From Bacteroidales bacterium (GTDB lineage Bacteria; Bacteroidota; Bacteroidia; Bacteroidales; VadinHA17): a DNA stretch of 64,000 nucleotides. Location: contig JAXLTU010000007.1 in NCBI GenBank assembly GCA_046329885.1, forward strand, positions 4,957 through 68,956, given 5' to 3'. Shown one piece after another: positions 59,957-64,000 of the stretch (position 1 is its first letter; each line of letters starts with the position of its first letter). The position numbers were made by a program, and so were the translations under genes. The notes below the pieces were generated by a model. It saw nothing but the letters and a program-made list of their open reading frames with translations. It was not told the DNA's origin and did not search any database.

Positions 59957-61093
59957 TCAGCAGTTTTCTAAAAATCCCAGTATCGACGAAGTGATATGAT
60001 GAAGTTGTTCTTCATCGAGTTCCGCGTACATTGGCAGCGAAAGAACCTCTTCGCTAAGTTTTTCCGTTACCGGGAAGTCACCCTTCCTGTAACCCAGGCT
60101 GCTGTAAGCTTTCTGGAGATGAAGTGGCACCGGGTAATAGATCATTGAAGGGATTCCTTTCTTCTCGAGGTGCTCCCGCAGTGCGTCGCGTCTGCCGCTG
60201 GACAGCCTGATAGTGTACTGGTGGAAGATATGATCTGAAAACGACGATCTGGCCGGGATCATTAATCCCTTGTAATGCCCCAGTTGGCTGTCGTAATAAG
60301 CTGCAACTTTTCGCCTGCCCTCGTTATAGTCATCAAGACGTCCGAGTTTGACACGAAGAACTGCTGCCTGTATCGTATCCAGCCTCGAGTTCACTCCGAT
60401 ATGATCGTGATAATACCTCTTTGTCATTCCATGGTTCGAGATGCTTCTCACCAGGGCGGCTAGATTATCATCATTGGTGTATAAAGCCCCGCCATCGCCA
60501 TAACAGCCAAGATTCTTTGAAGGGAAAAATGACGTTGTCCCAATATGCCCGATGGTGCCTGCCTTCGCGGTGGTACCGTTGCCGAATAAATAATTAGTAC
60601 CAGTTGCCTGGGCGGCATCCTCGATAACGTGAAGATTAAACCCGGAGGCTATCTTCATTATCTCCTCCATGTTTGAACACTGGCCGAAAAGGTGAACGGG
60701 AACGATTGCTTTCGTTCTCGGTGTAATGGCCTTTCTTATGGCTTCGGGAGATATGTTATAGGTATCTGGTTCGGGATCGACCAGCACGAGCCTGAGCCCC
60801 AGTAATGCCACAACCTCTACTGTAGCAATGAAAGTGAAATTTGTAGTAATTATCTCGTCACCCGGCTCCAGGCCAAGTGCCATCATGGCTATCTGCAGGG
60901 CGTCAGTGCCGTTGGCACAGGCTATAACATGTTTCACGCCCATGTATGATTTTAGTTCCTCCTCGAAGTTTTTCACTTCAGGGCCTTTAACGAAGGAAGC
61001 TGAATCTATAACTGATTTTATTGCAGAGTCGATCTCGTTCTTTATCCCCTCGTACTGGGCCTTTAGATCGACCATCTGTATCTCTCTCATCAT
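59957..61093 (-). CDS. wbpE: DegT/DnrJ/EryC1/StrS-family aminotransferase (WbpE-like)
   Basis: 378 aa. It has ...[10 protein letters not shown]..., and the PLP-lysine motif [15 protein letters not shown]. Confidence 0.8.
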   Translation of the reverse strand: MMREIQMVDLKAQYEGIKNEIDSAIKSVIDSASFVKGPEVKNFEEELKSYMGVKHVIACANGTDALQIAMMALGLEPGDEIITTNFTFIATVEVVALLGLRLVLVDPEPDTYNISPEAIRKAITPRTKAIVPVHLFGQCSNMEEIMKIASGFNLHVIEDAAQATGTNYLFGNGTTAKAGTIGHIGTTSFFPSKNLGCYGDGGALYTNDDNLAALVRSISNHGMTKRYYHDHIGVNSRLDTIQAAVLRVKLGRLDDYNEGRRKVAAYYDSQLGHYKGLMIPARSSFSDHIFHQYTIRLSSGRRDALREHLEKKGIPSMIYYPVPLHLQKAYSSLGYRKGDFPVTEKLSEEVLSLPMYAELDEEQLHHITSSILGFLENC

Positions 61094-61335
61094 TCAATTT
61101 GTTAAACGAGGTACGAAGATAATACATTTAAGGTTAATTACGAGGGGTTATTTGCTTCAACAGCAGGCCTATTGTGAAATATAGTAACCTGAACGGGAAC
61201 GCCTGTCATCACGATCAGGCGGTTCGTCAAAATCTTTTTCATCGCAAAACAACCCTGCAGTAAATTTAACTTTGCCCCTGTCAGCAAGTTACATTTTATT
61301 GCTGTTTTTTGGGTCTTATTGAAGACTATTTTTCT

Positions 61336-61343
61336 TATTTTTG
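61336..61343 (+). promoter_or_regulatory. candidate -7 promoter box (TAnnTTTG) for the HU-SPOR gene
   Basis: TATTTTTG lies 24 nt upstream of the TTG start at 61367. Confidence 0.4.
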
Positions 61344-61366
61344 TGTAGCTGTAAAATCAAACCACA

Positions 61367-62317
61367 TTGGAAATTTCAGGTTTCATAAAAGAGTTACTAT
61401 ATAGCCACGACTGTGTCATCATTCCTGATTTCGGGGGCTTCATTGGCAACTATACTCCCGCCAGGATTGACAGGGTGAGCGGCACTTTCCACCCTCCGGT
61501 CAAGCAGATTTCATTTAACAGGAACCTGAATCATAATGATGGATTGCTCGTGGGGAAAGTTTCTTCCGCAACAGGTTTGAATTACGGTGATGCCAGGACC
61601 CTTACCGGTGAATTCGTCGACAACATGAAGCAGAAACTTTCGAGGGGCGAAAAGGTAATCTTCGAGGGTATAGGATCATTCGTTAATAATCACGAGGGAA
61701 ACGTGCAATTCGATCCAGACAGGGAAACGAATTTTCATCTTAATTCATTCGGGCTTGAATCATTCACGATGGCACCGCTTGAAGGAACGGGTTCAAAGAA
61801 TATTTTGAAGCGTGAAGAAAACAGGTCGTCGCTCAGAAAATACCTGTGGCGGGCAGCTGTAATGGTACCTATCATAGGTACACTTATTACCGTTCCACTC
61901 ACTACCGATATATTCAAATCGAGGGTTCAGACAACTAATCTAAACCCGCTTGCTTCTGTCGAGTTCGAGAAGAACAGGCAGACGCAGCAGGCTGCGGATA
62001 ATAACAAGGACACCTCGGTTGCAAACAAGGTGACCACCACGCCTGACGAGACCGATATTAACAAGAACAAGGCCGTTCCTGCAAGGGAAGAGGCATTCTA
62101 TTACGTGGTTGCAGGAAGCTTCCAATCGGAATCGAACGCGAACGTGCTGCTCCTGAAACTGACAGAAGAGGGATATGACCCGTTGTTATTATCTGCACCA
62201 AACGGTTTTTTCAGGGTTTGTGCCTATAAATGCAGCAGCCTTGCCGAGGCCGAGGAAAAGCGGCTGGTTCTCGCCCAGAAATATTCCGGAACCTGGATTG
62301 CCAGGGTCAAAATCTGA
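61367..62317 (+). CDS. HU-like domain / SPOR domain fusion protein
   Basis: 316 aa. The N-terminus IKELLYSHDCVIIPDFGGFIGNYTPARID is HU/CCDC81-type. A central TM helix (AAVMVPIIGTLITVPL) and a polar linker follow. The C-terminal SPOR-like domain reads FYYVVAGSFQSESNANVLLLKLTEEGYDP...FRVCAY. Confidence 0.65.
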   Translation: MEISGFIKELLYSHDCVIIPDFGGFIGNYTPARIDRVSGTFHPPVKQISFNRNLNHNDGLLVGKVSSATGLNYGDARTLTGEFVDNMKQKLSRGEKVIFEGIGSFVNNHEGNVQFDPDRETNFHLNSFGLESFTMAPLEGTGSKNILKREENRSSLRKYLWRAAVMVPIIGTLITVPLTTDIFKSRVQTTNLNPLASVEFEKNRQTQQAADNNKDTSVANKVTTTPDETDINKNKAVPAREEAFYYVVAGSFQSESNANVLLLKLTEEGYDPLLLSAPNGFFRVCAYKCSSLAEAEEKRLVLAQKYSGTWIARVKI

Positions 62318-62319
62318 AT

Positions 62320-64000
62320 TTATTTAACCAGACTTCCGTTTGAAGCTGCCTCGTCGGGTGAGACGAGATAGAGTTTGCCATCCTTATCCTCGGCCGTCAG
62401 CACCATGCCTCTCGACTCGATGCCTTTTATCTTCCTTGGTTCAAGGTTGGCGATTATACAAATCCTTTTTCCCGCCAGCGAAGCAGGATCAAAATACTCG
62501 GCAATTCCTGAAACGATAGTCCTGGTGTCGATGCCGCAGTCGACCTTAAGCTTGAGGAGCTTTGTAGTCTTTGCAACCTTTTCAGCTTCCAGTATAGTGG
62601 CTGTACGTATATCTACCTTTGTGAAATCGTCAAATGAAACGGGGGCCTTTTCGGGAGCTACCTTTGCTGAGGCTGCCTCGTTCGCCTTTTTCGTCAGCAT
62701 GAGTTTTTCTATCTGCCTGTTTATCTCGTCATCCTCGATCTTGCTGAAAAGCAGCTCTGGTTTCCCGATCAGGTGGCCAGGCTCTAGAATATCCGTTCTG
62801 CCGGCAACATCCCAGCCTGCATTTCCCTTGTTGATCCATCCTCTCAGCGTATTCATCGAGAAGGGGAGGAAAGGCTCGCATATAATTGTAAGGTTCGCTG
62901 TTATCTGGAGAGCGATGTTCATTATCGTTTTAACCCTCTCCGGATCTGTTTTAACAACTTTCCAGGGTTCGGTGTCGGCGAGGTATTTATTACCGAGTCT
63001 TGCCAGGTTCATTGCTTCCCTGAGCGCCTCGCGGAACCTGAACGAGTCGAGGTTACTCTCGACGCTCCCTTTTATCCTGCCTATCTCTGCCAGGACTTCC
63101 TCGTCGTACTTGTCTGTTTTCCCTCTTGCAGGAACACTGCCCGAGTAATAGTTATTTGTCAGCACGAGAGTACGATTGACGAAATTACCGAGTATGGCAA
63201 CGAGTTCGTTGTTATTTCTCGCCTGGAAATCCTTCCAGGTGAAGTCATTATCTTTCGTTTCAGGCGCGTTGGCACAGAGTGAATACCTGAGCACGTCCTG
63301 CCTGCCTGGAAAATCCTGGAGGTACTCGTGAAGCCAGACAGCCCAGTTCCTCGATGTCGAGATCTTGTCATTCTCGAGGTTCAGGAACTCGTTTGCCGGA
63401 ACGTTCTCGGGGAGTATGAATGATCCCTCCGCTTTAAGCATCGCGGGGAAGATGATGCAATGAAAGACAATATTATCCTTGCCGATGAAATGAATCATCC
63501 TCGTTTCCGGATCCTTCCAGTATTTTTCCCAGTCCTGCCGAAGTTCTTTTGTTGCAGATATATATCCGATTGGGGCGTCGAACCATACGTATAATACTTT
63601 CCCGGTGGCACCTTCAACAGGAACGGGTACACCCCAGTCGAGGTCGCGGCTCACGGCACGCGGCTGGAGACCTTGATCAATCCACGACTTGCACTGCCCG
63701 TATACGTTTGATTTCCATTCCTTGTGATCTTCCAGTATCCACTGTTTAAGCCATGGTTCGTATTTATCGAGAGGCAGATACCAGTGCAGGGTTTCCCTGA
63801 GAACGGGCATGCTGCCACTAACTGTCGAGCGGGGGTTAATCAGGTCGTTTGGACTGAGGGAAGTACCACATTTCTCGCACTGGTCGCCATAGGCATTCTC
63901 GTTTCCGCAGTGGGGGCAGGTACCCATAATATACCTGTCGGCCAGGAAGCATCCGGCTTCCTCGTCGTAGTACTGATTCGAACTCTTCTCGATAAACTCG
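62320..64000 (-). CDS. metG: methionine--tRNA ligase (5' end outside window)
   Basis: The frame stays open upstream of the first Met to the window edge (...[24 protein letters not shown]). It has a Zn knuckle CPHCG..CEKCG, anticodon-binding helices and a C-terminal Trbp111/EMAP-type tRNA-binding domain ([14 protein letters not shown]...). Confidence 0.92.
   Translation of the reverse strand, partial: EFIEKSSNQYYDEEAGCFLADRYIMGTCPHCGNENAYGDQCEKCGTSLSPNDLINPRSTVSGSMPVLRETLHWYLPLDKYEPWLKQWILEDHKEWKSNVYGQCKSWIDQGLQPRAVSRDLDWGVPVPVEGATGKVLYVWFDAPIGYISATKELRQDWEKYWKDPETRMIHFIGKDNIVFHCIIFPAMLKAEGSFILPENVPANEFLNLENDKISTSRNWAVWLHEYLQDFPGRQDVLRYSLCANAPETKDNDFTWKDFQARNNNELVAILGNFVNRTLVLTNNYYSGSVPARGKTDKYDEEVLAEIGRIKGSVESNLDSFRFREALREAMNLARLGNKYLADTEPWKVVKTDPERVKTIMNIALQITANLTIICEPFLPFSMNTLRGWINKGNAGWDVAGRTDILEPGHLIGKPELLFSKIEDDEINRQIEKLMLTKKANEAASAKVAPEKAPVSFDDFTKVDIRTATILEAEKVAKTTKLLKLKVDCGIDTRTIVSGIAEYFDPASLAGKRICIIANLEPRKIKGIESRGMVLTAEDKDGKLYLVSPDEAASNGSLVK

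Noticed and set aside
61197-61225. Hairpin (GAACGCCTG...CAGGCGGTTC) containing GGCGGT, reminiscent of an ops/JUMPstart antitermination element upstream of the wbp operon
   Set aside because: The GGCGGT lies on the plus strand whereas the operon is transcribed on the minus strand. It also differs from the ops core GGCGGTAG, and no UpxY/RfaH-like gene is nearby.
62375-63148. 257-aa Ser/Phe-rich ORF antisense to metG
   Set aside because: It is nested in metG. The low-complexity translation (SSS, FFF runs) is typical of a mirror frame. The ORFs at 6613-7224 (opposite the Hcy-methyltransferase gene) and 30653-31195 (opposite mlaF) were rejected for the same reason.

Overview
This is a 64-kb chromosomal segment from a Bacteroidota genome. 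The phylum call rests on gliding/T9SS genes, Bacteroidota-type TAnnTTTG promoter boxes and phylum-restricted DUF families recognised from memory. Content is almost entirely core housekeeping. I see no rRNA, tRNA, CRISPR array, transposase, integrase, phage gene or recognisable defence gene.

Gene blocks in order:
- Methionine block: metX', hom, metH, metF, a stand-alone homocysteine-methyltransferase domain gene, and metK.
- gldA, divergent from a GntR(YtrA)-SPFH pair; a tandem USP gene.
- asnS-rpoN-PAP2-like membrane protein.
- A long minus-strand operon: rbfA, methyltransferase, lolE-like, DUF4296 lipoprotein, amidohydrolase, radical SAM, glycosyltransferase.
- trpS; a TonB-dependent receptor.
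- An uncharacterised envelope trio at 26.0-30.5 kb.
- mlaFE-like genes; manC.
- The complete T9SS core operon porP-gldK-gldL-gldM-gldN.
- An arginase-fold protein coupled to topA; mrcA.
- panC-panD-UPF0104-radA.
- Short glgA-like gene, DUF4270, glmS, DUF4954.
- A six-gene nucleotide-sugar operon: wbpE-wbpD-wbpB-wbpA-galE-rfbB.
- An HU-SPOR fusion; metG'.

The most conspicuous sequence-level signal is a set of localised clusters of 1-nt frameshifts. They break metH, metF, metK, gldA, the TonB receptor, topA, mrcA and radA, while long stretches in between are clean. Several of these genes are essential. Two frameshifts map exactly to homopolymer runs and a third may. I therefore read the clusters as consensus errors rather than true pseudogenes, although only the reads can settle this.

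I found no convincing novel multi-gene system. The best leads are modest:
- the 26.0-30.5 kb envelope trio;
- the arginase-fold protein with degenerate metal ligands between topA and the T9SS operon;
- the glmS-linked DUF4954 beta-helix protein;
- the translationally coupled radical-SAM/glycosyltransferase pair;
- a 160-bp inverted repeat array at 6.32-6.48 kb.
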